A DNA stretch of 64,000 bases from assembly GCA_963783575.1 (NCBI GenBank), contig CAWAOD010000005.1, forward strand, positions 320,001-384,000, written 5' to 3'. Below the pieces are notes generated by a model, which was not told the origin of the DNA, did no database searches, and saw nothing but the letters and a program-made list of their open reading frames with translations. Made by a program: the position numbers and the translations under genes. The stretch's first letter is position 1. Each line of letters starts with the position of its first letter. The DNA is from an uncultured Spirochaetota bacterium (lineage in GTDB: Bacteria; Spirochaetota; Brevinematia; Brevinematales; JAOACQ01). Below, in pieces: positions 31,270-41,427 of the stretch.

Positions 31270-33039
31270 ATGGAACAAAAAATGCTTATCAGTTTATTAA
31301 TATGGGTATGGATAACGATCATTGCTTTAATATTCGGTGTTATGCTTATCAGGGTTATCTCCAGGCTTTTCAATCTTTATGAGAATGTAAATATTTCTTT
31401 ACCGGTTGTTTTTATTGCAGGTATTATGTTTTTAACCACGGTTTCAAGTTATTTTTCACTTTTTATTAAGATCGGACTGCTGGCGAACTGCATTTTGATT
31501 ATTACAGCCATAGTTTATTGTGTATTTGATTTTTCTTTTATTAAAATATTTTTATCTAACGGCATTAAACGTCTTAAAACTGTGAATATCTATATTATAC
31601 TTTTGTTTATTTCAATTTTCATAGTTTTTTTGATCGAATCCTCTTTTTATATTCCCAAGAATTATGACACATCGCTTTATCACGCCCAGGCGATTCACTG
31701 GATTGAGAAATTCAGGGTTATACCGGGGCTTGGAAATTTGTATTTCAGGCTTGCGTACAACAGCAGTTGGTTTATTACCTCGGCTTTATTCAGTTTTTCA
31801 TTTTTAGGGGGTCAATCTTTTCATATATTAAACGGAATATTTTCCATAATATTTTTAATCTATCTATTGACCGGCCTGGACAGGCTTTTTAAAGGGGAAT
31901 ACCATTCAGGTTATTTGTTCGGCGTGATAGCTCTTCCTATAATGCTTTTTCTTTATGCAAATTTTATATCGTCACCTGATACGGATACACCCGCAGTTAT
32001 TCTGATCTGGATGATTTTTCTTATATATTTTGAAAAATCAGATGAAAAAAATACCGGGAAGATCGATATTTCCAGCATTTTGGTTCTACTCTTTTCAGTA
32101 TTCCTCTTAACCGTAAAAATTTCAGGCCTGCCGATCCTTTTTTTTTCAGTATATATCCTTTTTATAGAGCTTAAATCCGGCAGAATTAATAATTTTATTA
32201 AACTTTCCTTTATAAGCCTGATCATTGTTCTTCCCTGGCTTATAAGGTTTGTGATTATTTCCGGTTATTTAGTCTACCCTTTTAATAACCTGGATATTTT
32301 TGCATTCGACTGGAAGATGCCGCTGTCGATTCTATTAAAGGACAAAACTGATATTGCGTTATGGTCTTTTAAAAAGCCCCCAGCTATGCCATTATGGGAC
32401 TATATACCGGCCTGGTATAGCTGGCTGCGCATACAATATAAAGCGGTTGTCTGGCCGTTAACAATAATGTTTTTTGCAGGCATCATGTATTATATTTATT
32501 CATTTTTATTTAAAAGAAAAAATTTCTTTGAGAAATTGAAAATCACCCGGGAAATAATTGTAATTCATCTTGCGGCATATATAAGCATTATCTTTTTGTT
32601 TTTAACGGCTCCGGATTTCCGATACGGAGCGGGATTTATAACGGCTTTTTTTATTATCCATATTATCCCCGCTTTACAAGCTGCATTAAATGGAAAAAGA
32701 ATTAAAGATATATTTATTAAAGGATATTCTGTTTTATGCATCATTTTAATTATCGTTTTGGAAATAATTCTTTTCAGCAGGTATTTTTATTATGGTAAAA
32801 GTGAAAATCTTTACGGTAAAGAGGACATCTCAGTTATCCCTTCAAGATTGATTATGCCCGCGGAATACAGGCGTGGTGCCCCAGGAATTAAAAGCTTTAC
32901 CCTGAATAAGGGCCTTAATGTTTATTCACATGGTGAACTTAACTGGTATGAACCATTTCCAAGCGCGGTTGAAATCAATCCCGGCCTTATGCAAAGAGGA
33001 AACAGGATTGAAGACGGCTTCAATATAATTTCAAAATAG
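31270..33039 (+). CDS. Polytopic membrane protein, LIC_10190-like (possible GT-C fold)
   Basis: YDTSLYHAQAIHW...PGLGNL...RLAYNSSW, ISGYLVYP...DWKMP and APDFRY motifs; many TMs. Confidence 0.7.
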   Translation: MEQKMLISLLIWVWITIIALIFGVMLIRVISRLFNLYENVNISLPVVFIAGIMFLTTVSSYFSLFIKIGLLANCILIITAIVYCVFDFSFIKIFLSNGIKRLKTVNIYIILLFISIFIVFLIESSFYIPKNYDTSLYHAQAIHWIEKFRVIPGLGNLYFRLAYNSSWFITSALFSFSFLGGQSFHILNGIFSIIFLIYLLTGLDRLFKGEYHSGYLFGVIALPIMLFLYANFISSPDTDTPAVILIWMIFLIYFEKSDEKNTGKIDISSILVLLFSVFLLTVKISGLPILFFSVYILFIELKSGRINNFIKLSFISLIIVLPWLIRFVIISGYLVYPFNNLDIFAFDWKMPLSILLKDKTDIALWSFKKPPAMPLWDYIPAWYSWLRIQYKAVVWPLTIMFFAGIMYYIYSFLFKRKNFFEKLKITREIIVIHLAAYISIIFLFLTAPDFRYGAGFITAFFIIHIIPALQAALNGKRIKDIFIKGYSVLCIILIIVLEIILFSRYFYYGKSENLYGKEDISVIPSRLIMPAEYRRGAPGIKSFTLNKGLNVYSHGELNWYEPFPSAVEINPGLMQRGNRIEDGFNIISK

Positions 33040-33070
33040 TTTCAAATCTTTTAATTATTATAAAAAAATG

Positions 33071-33099
33071 TTGACAAATTTATTTTTAATACTTAAAAT
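33071..33099 (+). promoter_or_regulatory. sigma70-type promoter of the XRE-cupin gene
   Basis: TTGACA-17nt-TAAAAT. Confidence 0.6.
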
Positions 33100-33161
33100 A
33101 TACTTAAGATAATTCAATAGGATTAAATATTATACAAACGAAAGTTACCGGAGTGTTTTTA

Positions 33162-33737
33162 ATGAAATATAAGTTCGGTGAAAAAATTCGGGAAATTAGG
33201 GAAAGAAAAAAAATAACGCTTCGTGAAGTTGCGCAGAAAGCCGGCTTTAGCGAAAGCCTGATATCACAGATTGAAAGGAACAAGGTATCGCCGGCAATAG
33301 ATACTCTTTTAAAAATCGCGGATATATTGGATATTGATCTGGATTATCTTTTCAGCGATTTTAAAAAGGAAAGAGCGGTTAACCTGGTCAGGGCAGGGGA
33401 AAGAAACAAAATTATCCTGCAGGGTATTGTGTATGAACAGCTTTCACACACATCGGCATCCGATGAAGAACATGCCATTGAGGCTTACTATCTTGAAATA
33501 AAACCCGGAGGCGCGAAAGGGAGTTATGAATATGGCCATAAGGGAAAAGAACTGGGAACAATCATTGAAGGATCCGGAGAGTTTAAGATCGGCAACAAAA
33601 GCTATATTTTGAATAAAGGCGACAGTATATCATTTTCGGCTGATGTACCGCATATTTTATCGAATACCGGTGATATAGATTTAAGGGCATTCTGGATCAC
33701 CACGCCGCCTAAAAAATTCATAAACGGACAGAAATGA
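33162..33737 (+). CDS. XRE-family HTH regulator with a cupin domain
   Basis: SLISQIERNKVSP HTH; cupin motifs HKGKELG and GDSISFSADVPH. Confidence 0.9.
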   Translation: MKYKFGEKIREIRERKKITLREVAQKAGFSESLISQIERNKVSPAIDTLLKIADILDIDLDYLFSDFKKERAVNLVRAGERNKIILQGIVYEQLSHTSASDEEHAIEAYYLEIKPGGAKGSYEYGHKGKELGTIIEGSGEFKIGNKSYILNKGDSISFSADVPHILSNTGDIDLRAFWITTPPKKFINGQK

Positions 33738-33820
33738 AAGATCGGATCGCCTTTTTTGTCGGGATAGCTTTACAGTTTTTATAAGCGGAAAACTAAATCT
33801 TACCCATAGATTTGGAGGTG

Positions 33821-33853
33821 CAGACCCCAGGCCTTACCAAGGTCTGGGGTTTG
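33821..33853. repeat. REP-like strong hairpin
   Basis: CAGACCCCAGGCCTT-acc-AAGGTCTGGGGTTTG just upstream of the next RBS. Confidence 0.55.
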
Positions 33854-33870
33854 ATTAATAAGGAGAATTT

Positions 33871-34680
33871 ATGCCGGAGAAAATAGATTTTACCGAAGTT
33901 TCCGGAAGGTACGAAAAGACTTCAATTCTTCAGAACTCGGCTTCGGAAACACTGTTTAATCTTTTAAACATTGGGGAAAATGAAGATGTCCTTGATGCCG
34001 GATGCGGCACGGGAAATCTTACAGACAAAATACGTAAAATTACTCGTGGAAAAGTGATTGGAATAGATGCTGCGCCCGGAATGATAAATAAGGCAATAAA
34101 GAAGTATGGCAGCGAAAATATAACCTTTTCCCTGGTTTCTGCAGATGAAATGAATTATAATGAGGACTTTGACGTAATATTCTGCAATTCAACTTTCCAG
34201 TGGTTTAAAAGCCCTGGAAAGCCCCTGGCAAAATTTTACCGGGCTTTAAAACATGGCGGAAGGGTTGGAATTCAATCTCCGGCAACAAAGAATTACTGCA
34301 TAAATTTCATAAACGCCGTAAGGAATGTTGAAATAAATCCCGTTACGGCTGAAGTATTTAAACATCATATTGATCCCTGGCTCTTCCTGGAAAATTCCGC
34401 CGATTATAAGAATCTTTTTGAGGATTCCGGATTTGTTGTTACTTTTTCGGAAATAATCAAAACCAGTTCGAAACATTCCATCGAAGAAGCATTCAGCGCA
34501 TTCGCCTCAGGGGCCATCGCGGGTTATCTGAACAGGGAATATTATGATGCGGAATTAAGCATTAATTATATTGAAGAATTCAAGAAAATTGTTAAGGAAG
34601 ATTTTGTCAGGCAGGCGGATGAATTCGGCCAGGTTGAACTTATATTTAACCGCATTTTTTTAACAGCAGTAAAAAATTAG
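33871..34680 (+). CDS. Class I SAM methyltransferase (Tam/BioC-like)
   Basis: VLDAGCGTG and FDVIFCNSTFQW motifs. Confidence 0.85.
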   Translation: MPEKIDFTEVSGRYEKTSILQNSASETLFNLLNIGENEDVLDAGCGTGNLTDKIRKITRGKVIGIDAAPGMINKAIKKYGSENITFSLVSADEMNYNEDFDVIFCNSTFQWFKSPGKPLAKFYRALKHGGRVGIQSPATKNYCINFINAVRNVEINPVTAEVFKHHIDPWLFLENSADYKNLFEDSGFVVTFSEIIKTSSKHSIEEAFSAFASGAIAGYLNREYYDAELSINYIEEFKKIVKEDFVRQADEFGQVELIFNRIFLTAVKN

Positions 34681-34691
34681 TGTGAATTAAT

Positions 34692-35523
34692 ATGCCTCAA
34701 ACTTTAACAGAAGCTTTTGATAAAATTGCAGGGAGTTACGACGCAGAAAGGAGAAAATTGATCCCCTGTTTTGATGATTTTTATAAAACCGCTGTTTACA
34801 TTGCCAAGACAGGCAAAAAAGAGCCTGAAATACTTGATATTGGCGCTGGTACTGGTTTATTCGCATATTTTCTCAGGGGAAAATACCCTGCTGCTAATTT
34901 TACATTGATCGATATTTCTGAAAAAATGCTGAATACAGCAAAGGAAAGGTTCAGCGAAGAAAAAAAATCCATTTTATCACCGGTAATTATGTTGATTATA
35001 ATTTTACCGGAAGTTTTGATATAATTATTTCCGCGCTTTCCATACATCACTTGGCGGATGAAGATAAAAAGATGCTTTTTGTCAAATGCTTTAGACTGCT
35101 TAAGCCGGGCGGTATATTTATTAACGCCGATCAGGCGGCAGGAAGCACCGGAGCCCTGGAGAAAATATACCGAGAATACTGGATTTCATTTATAGAAAAC
35201 AGCGGTTTAGAGACTGATAAAATCAAGGCTGCTTACGAAAGAATGAAACTGGACAGGATGGCGGCCGTGGGTTCACTGAAAATCAGCATAAATCTTAAAA
35301 TGTTTAAAAAACAGTATTTTATTGGTGTCATATCCTATTTTATAACAATGAGTTATAAATGCAATTAGAAAAGGTTGGTTATAGTTTTCAAATTTTAAAT
35401 CATTTTTCAGTGAACCCGGCCGTGGAAGACCAGTTAAGCTGGCTGAAAGAAGCAGGTTTTACAGATATTGACTACGTTTATAAATATTTTAATTTCGCGG
35501 TATTTTATGCAAAGAAACAATAA
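34692..35523 (+). pseudogene. Class I SAM methyltransferase disrupted by a frameshift and a MITE
   Basis: ILDIGAGTG; A8 tract at 34960-34967 lacks one base; after removing the MITE the frame reads MAAVEDQLSWLKEAGF...AKKQ*. Confidence 0.85.
35270..35416. mobile_element. 147-bp MITE
   Basis: TIRs GGTTCACTGAAAA and TTTTCAGTGAACC, flanked by direct repeats CGGCCGTG (35262-35269, 35417-35424). Confidence 0.9.
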
Positions 35524-35548
35524 TTTAGCTGAATATGGAGTAAAAAAC

Positions 35549-36577
35549 ATGAGGGAATATTTAAAAGTACCGGAATCCGATCCGGAAAAAATACTCAGGC
35601 TGAGGGACAGCAGTTTTGCCGCTGATTTATTTATTACTGCCGTGTCTTACCTGGATTTATTTTCATGGCTTGAAGCTAAGCCATCGGATTTTGAAACAAT
35701 CTGCGGTAATTTTAAGATCGCTTCCAGGCCGGCTGATGTTATGCTGACTTTATTTAAGTCATATGGGTTTATAGAAGAAAAAAAACATATATTTTATAAT
35801 ACGGGAATCTCTATGGATTATTTATGCCGCTCCTCGTTTTGGAACCTGGGGCCGTATGTCGAATCACTAAAAGACAGGCCTATAAGTTTAGACATGATAA
35901 AGGTTTTAAAAACCGGGAAGCCGGCCGGCTGGGGAGCTAAAAAAGACGGTAAGGATTGGTCTTCGGCAATGAATGACGAAAAGTTTGCCGGAGAATTTAC
36001 GGCCGGAATGAACAGCCGGGGGGCGTATCTTGCCGCTGGACTTGCTCAAAAGCTTGATCTGTCAGGTTATTCCAGAATACTGGATATCGGAGGGGCTTCA
36101 GGGATATATTCAATAATTCTGGCCGATAAAAATCCGGGCTTATCAGGAAGTATATTTGAAAAAAAACCGGTGGACATAGCAGCACGTTATACAATAGAAA
36201 AATTCGGACTTTCCGGCAGGATAAATATTGTTTCGGGCGATATGTTTGAAGATGAATTCCCGAAAGATTATGATGTTCATTTTATTTCTCATGTTTTACA
36301 TGATTGGGATAATGAAGCTGTAAAAAAATTATTGAGGAAATCTTATAATAGCTTGAAACCGGGCGGTATTATCGTAATACATGACGCGCATATCAATAAA
36401 AAGAAAACCGGGCCGGTTTCCGTTGCCGAATATTCCGCGCTGCTTATGTTTTCCACGGAAGGCAAATGTTATTCTGTCTCGGAATTGTTTGCTTTTTTGA
36501 AAGAAACCGGTTTCAAGGATTTAAAGTATTTACCGGCTGCTTTGAACCGAAGCGTAATCACAGGGAAAAAATATTAA
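35549..36577 (+). CDS. O-methyltransferase (Methyltransf_2 family with dimerisation domain)
   Basis: ILDIGGASG, GDMF, SHVLHDW and LKPGG motifs. Confidence 0.88.
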   Translation: MREYLKVPESDPEKILRLRDSSFAADLFITAVSYLDLFSWLEAKPSDFETICGNFKIASRPADVMLTLFKSYGFIEEKKHIFYNTGISMDYLCRSSFWNLGPYVESLKDRPISLDMIKVLKTGKPAGWGAKKDGKDWSSAMNDEKFAGEFTAGMNSRGAYLAAGLAQKLDLSGYSRILDIGGASGIYSIILADKNPGLSGSIFEKKPVDIAARYTIEKFGLSGRINIVSGDMFEDEFPKDYDVHFISHVLHDWDNEAVKKLLRKSYNSLKPGGIIVIHDAHINKKKTGPVSVAEYSALLMFSTEGKCYSVSELFAFLKETGFKDLKYLPAALNRSVITGKKY

Positions 36578-36659
36578 TCATGACGCTCAATCAAATAAAG
36601 ACATATATATAAATGCTATAAAATATGGATGCAGCATCATGCTGCTATGGAGGTAATAA

Positions 36660-37949
36660 ATGGGCAGAACGATAGCGGAAAAGATTTTTGACGCTCACCT
36701 GGTTAATAAACCTTTTGAGGATAGTTTCGTTTTGAAGCTTGATACGGTCTTTTGCCATGAAATAACAACGCCGATCGCAATTACCGACCTTATGGCAAGG
36801 GGTAAGGACAGGGTCTTTGACCCTTCAAAGATAAAAGCGGTGATAGATCATGTGACTCCGGCAAAGGATTCCAAAACGGCCGAGCAGGGAAAAATTCTTA
36901 GAGACTGGGCACGAAGAAACGGGATAAAGGATTTCTTTGATATTGGCAGAAACGGGGTTTGCCATGCAATATTCCCGGAGAAGGGATTTGTCAGACCGGG
37001 ATATACTGTAATTATGGGGGATTCCCATACCTGCACGCATGGAGCTTTCGGGGCTTTCGCAGCGGGAGTCGGTACAACTGACCTTGAAGTGGGTATTTTG
37101 AAGGGCGTGTGCGCGTTCAAATATCCGAAAACCATAAAATTTGTCCTGAAAGGAAAACTCCCGCAGGGTGTTTACGCTAAAGACGTGATTCTTTTCATAA
37201 TATCGCAGGTATCTGTAAACGGCGCGACCGATCATGTAATGGAGTTCACCGGACCGGCCGTTGATGAGATGACCATGGACTCCAGAATGACTTTGTGCAA
37301 TATGGCGATTGAGGCCGGTGCGACCTCTGGAATATGCTACCCAGATAAAATTACAGTCGATTATTTATGGCCGTTTATAAAAGATGAGTTCCGGACAAAA
37401 GAGGCGGCCCTCAAGGAATACAGCCGGTGGATTTCCGATCCGGACTCAAAATATACTAAAACTTTTGTTTATGATGTCGGCCTTCTGGAACCAATGGTTA
37501 CATTCGGTTACAAACCGGACCAGGTGAAGCCCGTCAGGGAAATGGAAGGCACAAAAATAGACCAGGTCTATATCGGAAGCTGTACAAACGGAAGGATTGA
37601 AGACCTTCGTATCGCCGCGGAAATCCTGAAGGGTAAAAAAGTAAGCGATAATTTACGGGGAATACTTTCGCCCGCAACCCCCGGGGTATATAAGCAGGCA
37701 ATAAAAGAAGGCATTATCGATATTTTTATGGATGCGGGTTTCTGTGTTACAAACCCGACCTGCGGCGCCTGCCTTGGAATGAGCAACGGCGTACTGGCGG
37801 AAAGTGAGTCCTGCGGTTCCACGACAAACCGGAATTTTTACGGAAGGATGGGAAGGGGAGGAATGGTTCACCTTATGAGCCCGGCAACTGCGGCTGCTAC
37901 CGCAATTAAGGGTGTTATCGCGAACTCGCCGCTGTATTGTAACAAATAA
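36660..37949 (+). CDS. leuC: 3-isopropylmalate dehydratase/homoaconitase large subunit
   Basis: DSHTCTHG, IGSCTNGR, CGACLG and STTNRNF motifs. Confidence 0.88.
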   Translation: MGRTIAEKIFDAHLVNKPFEDSFVLKLDTVFCHEITTPIAITDLMARGKDRVFDPSKIKAVIDHVTPAKDSKTAEQGKILRDWARRNGIKDFFDIGRNGVCHAIFPEKGFVRPGYTVIMGDSHTCTHGAFGAFAAGVGTTDLEVGILKGVCAFKYPKTIKFVLKGKLPQGVYAKDVILFIISQVSVNGATDHVMEFTGPAVDEMTMDSRMTLCNMAIEAGATSGICYPDKITVDYLWPFIKDEFRTKEAALKEYSRWISDPDSKYTKTFVYDVGLLEPMVTFGYKPDQVKPVREMEGTKIDQVYIGSCTNGRIEDLRIAAEILKGKKVSDNLRGILSPATPGVYKQAIKEGIIDIFMDAGFCVTNPTCGACLGMSNGVLAESESCGSTTNRNFYGRMGRGGMVHLMSPATAAATAIKGVIANSPLYCNK

Positions 37950-37983
37950 TTGTATAACAATTATAATATCGGAGGAATTATTT

Positions 37984-38508
37984 ATGAAAACATTCGGAGG
38001 AAAAGCTCTTTTTCTGGATAAATCGGACATTAATACGGATGAGATTATACCCGCGAAGTACCTGACGGAAATTACCAAAGAGGCTTTGAAGCCATATTTG
38101 CTGGAAGATTTAAAGATGGAAGGCTTAAATCCGGGAAGGGATATTCCGGGGAAAAGCGTTGTCATATCAAGGGCGAATTTCGGCTGCGGTTCATCGCGGG
38201 AGCATGCGCCATGGGCGCTTGAAATGAACGGGATTTACACGGTCATAGCGGAAAGTTACGCCCGTATTTTCCGGCAGAATATGTTCAATTGCGGAATGCT
38301 CGCGATAGAATTGCCGAAAGAAGTCATTGCTTCTATTTTTGATAATTATAAAGGCAGGAATGTGGAAATCGGCATAAATCTGGAAGGATCATTTCTGGAA
38401 ATCAAAGCCGAAGGTAAATCTGAGAAGTTCAACTTCATACTCAATCCTTTCGACAGGGAACTTGTCAAAGCCGGGGGCTGGGTCGATTACGCAGACGCTC
38501 ATTATTAA
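37984..38508 (+). CDS. leuD: 3-isopropylmalate dehydratase small subunit
   Basis: INTDEIIPAKYL, NFGCGSSREHA and ARIFRQN motifs. Confidence 0.9.
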   Translation: MKTFGGKALFLDKSDINTDEIIPAKYLTEITKEALKPYLLEDLKMEGLNPGRDIPGKSVVISRANFGCGSSREHAPWALEMNGIYTVIAESYARIFRQNMFNCGMLAIELPKEVIASIFDNYKGRNVEIGINLEGSFLEIKAEGKSEKFNFILNPFDRELVKAGGWVDYADAHY

Positions 38509-38530
38509 TGAGCATCATGCTCAACAAATT

Positions 38531-38792
38531 CCGCCCGAGAGGGCGGGTCATTGACGGGAAGAACGCTGCGAAAGAATATAACTTTTGCGTCCCTCCGTAA
38601 CTCACATCCTGTTCGGACAGATCTCCGGGCACGCGCGAGTCCTATCGCGCTCGCAAAAGTGACATTCTTTCTCCGCTATTCACTCCCGTAAATCTTGTAA
38701 GGAAGAACAGCCGGGAGATTTAATAACAATTCTTTTATAATCAATAATAATCTGAAATTACCTATTCTTTATTGTTATTGGCCGGCTGTTCT
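38531..38792. repeat. Structured non-coding region (branched long hairpin plus a second inverted repeat)
   Basis: ACGGGA...TCCCGT (38554-38689) with inner ACTTTTGCG/CGCAAAAGT; AGAACAGCCGG...CCGGCTGTTCT (38704-38792). Confidence 0.65.
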
Positions 38793-38856
38793 AAGGATTT
38801 TTGTGTAACTTTTATGTTTATGGAATAAGTGAAGATGGTTGTTTATAAAATGGTTC

Positions 38857-38886
38857 TTGACAATCAATAAATTAAAATACTATAAT
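38857..38886 (+). promoter_or_regulatory. sigma70-type promoter upstream of the cassette-like array
   Basis: TTGACA-18nt-TATAAT. Confidence 0.65.
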
Positions 38887-38999
38887 GAAAATATGTCTAT
38901 CCGTTGACCGGAAGTTTTATTGTTTTTTATCAAACAATGAATTCAATAACTGGGTTATTGTCCTAAAATGGCATGATATACGCAATACTTATATATCGA

Positions 39000-39008
39000 G
39001 TTAGGCGA
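39000..39008 (+). other. Putative integron core site (GTTRRRY) at the start of the first cassette
   Basis: GTTAGGCGA about 50 bp before the ATG; the gene is followed by TCGTACAAC at 39951-39959. Confidence 0.4.
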
Positions 39009-39054
39009 TAAATCACCTCACACTAATTTTACTAATAATTATAGAGGTTTATGT

Positions 39055-39930
39055 ATGAAATTAATTATTTTAACCGTATTAACGTTTCTTATTCAAATTA
39101 ACATTTATGGATTTCAATTCAGGTATATCAACACACCGGATTCAATTTCCTTTACTACCAAACTTTTATTGGAAGAGGGAATAAAACCAAAATATTTAGC
39201 TGAATGGACATCAGCTCTCAAATATTATAACGACATTGTTGATCCTTATTATAAAGAAAAATATATCTGGGAAGAGTCTAAAAAAAATTGGCTAAACTTT
39301 ACAGAAATATCTGAGTATATCAGTAATGAAATTTATTTTTATGATACAAATAATATACATGTTTCCGAAAAAGATTATTCGCTTCATTGCATGACTTCTT
39401 TTATATTATTAATGCGTGATAAAATAAGAGTAAATACTCCATTTTTTTATAAATATAAGGAAAATGAATCCAGTTCTGTTTATTCTGTTATAAAATGGTT
39501 AAAAAATCATAATATTTTTTTATCCGATAAAGAAAAAATGGCGTTTGAAACATTAAATAATTATTTTTCGATAACAAATAATATTGCTAAAGACAACAGT
39601 ATGTTTGACATTGCTTTAAATGAGCTAAATAAACGGTGGAGTAAAGAAGGTTTTCATTTCCCGAAAAATCCTAATTTAAAAGTATTACAGGTTTGGGCTA
39701 TTCAGATCAAAAAATACGTATATTTTTGTGATCATAATGCTATAGTGATAGAAAGAGATAATAAATTGTATTTAATTGAAAAAGAATCATATTATCATCC
39801 CTTTTCAATCTCAATATTTAAGGATTATGATGAATTGATAAAATATTTATATAGATTTTACTTTAATGATCCAAACGATGGAATTATGGTTACAGTAAAC
39901 GGGAAAATTGTTTGGAAGATACTTTATTGA
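39055..39930 (+). CDS. Exported hypothetical protein, DUF4300-like
   Basis: Signal peptide; LHCMTSF, DHNAIVI and IEK...HPF..SIF resemble DUF4300 motifs; very AT-rich. Confidence 0.5.
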   Translation: MKLIILTVLTFLIQINIYGFQFRYINTPDSISFTTKLLLEEGIKPKYLAEWTSALKYYNDIVDPYYKEKYIWEESKKNWLNFTEISEYISNEIYFYDTNNIHVSEKDYSLHCMTSFILLMRDKIRVNTPFFYKYKENESSSVYSVIKWLKNHNIFLSDKEKMAFETLNNYFSITNNIAKDNSMFDIALNELNKRWSKEGFHFPKNPNLKVLQVWAIQIKKYVYFCDHNAIVIERDNKLYLIEKESYYHPFSISIFKDYDELIKYLYRFYFNDPNDGIMVTVNGKIVWKILY

Positions 39931-40077
39931 ATTGATAGTGGGGTGGCCCTTCGTACAACAGCCTTATAGAAAAAGTCTAAATTAAATAACAGTTTTCCTT
40001 TCCATCCGGCTCCTGAAATTTTTATGTATAGTGTTGAACAGGCCTCAATCAGCCTGACAGAACAAGGGGGCATGCCC

Positions 40078-41427
40078 CATAAGCGCTAACTTGTTAAGGA
40101 AAAATATTCCACAATTTGCATTTTTCTTCTTCTCTTTTTATTAATAAGTCCTCTGGAAATTCTTATCCAATTTATAAAAATACCGGTAAGCGAAAGGCAT
40201 GGAATAATTACTCTCTGCATTTCATGAAGCATAAATGCAAATTCACGCCAACGGCTTACTATCCCTGCCCTGATTAATAATATCATAACCCCAGGGGAAA
40301 AAAGTTGGGCTTGCCAGATAAGTTTTTCGTTTAACAGGGCCACAAACAATTTGCCATACAGCCAAGCCTTGGAACTTTCATCTGTATATTTAGGCAAATG
40401 CCCAAGTTCCGCAAGTTGCTTAAAACGTTTAAATACTAATTCAACCTGCCATCGTAATCTATACCATCGCAGTATTTCTGCCGGCGGAAAACTTGACTCT
40501 TCAAAAGTTGTGAATACAATCACAAACTCCGCATATATTAGTGTCTCCGGTTTTAACTTCTGACTCTTTTTTATAGCATGCTTTTTAATACGTTTGTGAG
40601 CCTTAAGAATAGCTTGTTCAGATTTTCTTATAACACAAACTCTACCGGAAACAGTGGTTTTATCAGGGCATTGTAAATGAACATTCCATGAACATGCTTG
40701 TCCCGATTTCGAAACTTCTGATAATATATCCAGCCAATTAAATGGCTTACCGGATGAATCGCTAACTACAACATGATGAGGGCTGATGCGGACCAATAGA
40801 GAAGCTTTCTGCTCAACGGCAAACTTTATTCCCGGAGCCTGACCATAACCTCGATCACCTATAATATAATCACCCGGTTTCAAATCAAATTGTTTAAACG
40901 ACTCACCCGTCCCTATACCGTTCATTTGAGTTACGCGAAAGTAGTCACACTTGAATGTAGGTAGTCTAAGACTGTAATGAACCTTCCATAAACTTCCCGT
41001 CCTTCCAGGTTCTTTAACTACAGTAGCATCAAGAAGGCGAACTTCAAATCCATCTTTATTTTCCAGTTTCACACCTCGCTCCTCAAATAAACCTTCACAT
41101 AATGACGCCAACCAATCCGAACTCTTTCTTAATCGCTTCAGCAAGGCAACATCAGATAAATCTGCTAAATTGGCTTCACGAGCCCTTACTACTGTTTCTC
41201 TTAGAGAAAACCCGCCAGCCAGATGAATCAAAAGGGTTCTGAGCAAGTCCTCCTCAGATTTGCACTTACGCAATCCCCTTAATGCACCCGTTTCCTTTGC
41301 CTTTTCACGCCAACCTATTGGAAACATTGAAACTAAAATATTCCAATCTTCATTAATCATAGCCGCCTCCATATAAATATTATAGCTATGATTTGTAAAA
41401 ATATCAAGAATCAAGTTAGCGCTTATG
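40078..41427 (-). mobile_element. IS4-family insertion sequence (1350 bp)
   Basis: 16-bp perfect TIRs CATAAGCGCTAACTTG and CAAGTTAGCGCTTATG. Confidence 0.92.
40086..41360 (-). CDS. IS4-family DDE transposase
   Basis: LLDAT, GDRGY and YRLRWQVELVFKRFK (YREK motif); GGAGG RBS before ATG at 41360. Confidence 0.92.
   Translation of the reverse strand: MINEDWNILVSMFPIGWREKAKETGALRGLRKCKSEEDLLRTLLIHLAGGFSLRETVVRAREANLADLSDVALLKRLRKSSDWLASLCEGLFEERGVKLENKDGFEVRLLDATVVKEPGRTGSLWKVHYSLRLPTFKCDYFRVTQMNGIGTGESFKQFDLKPGDYIIGDRGYGQAPGIKFAVEQKASLLVRISPHHVVVSDSSGKPFNWLDILSEVSKSGQACSWNVHLQCPDKTTVSGRVCVIRKSEQAILKAHKRIKKHAIKKSQKLKPETLIYAEFVIVFTTFEESSFPPAEILRWYRLRWQVELVFKRFKQLAELGHLPKYTDESSKAWLYGKLFVALLNEKLIWQAQLFSPGVMILLIRAGIVSRWREFAFMLHEMQRVIIPCLSLTGIFINWIRISRGLINKKRRRKMQIVEYFSLTS

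Noticed and set aside
35468..35548. Extended N-terminus of the O-methyltransferase
   Set aside because: It overlaps the true 3' end of the MITE-split gene; the RBS supports ATG 35549.
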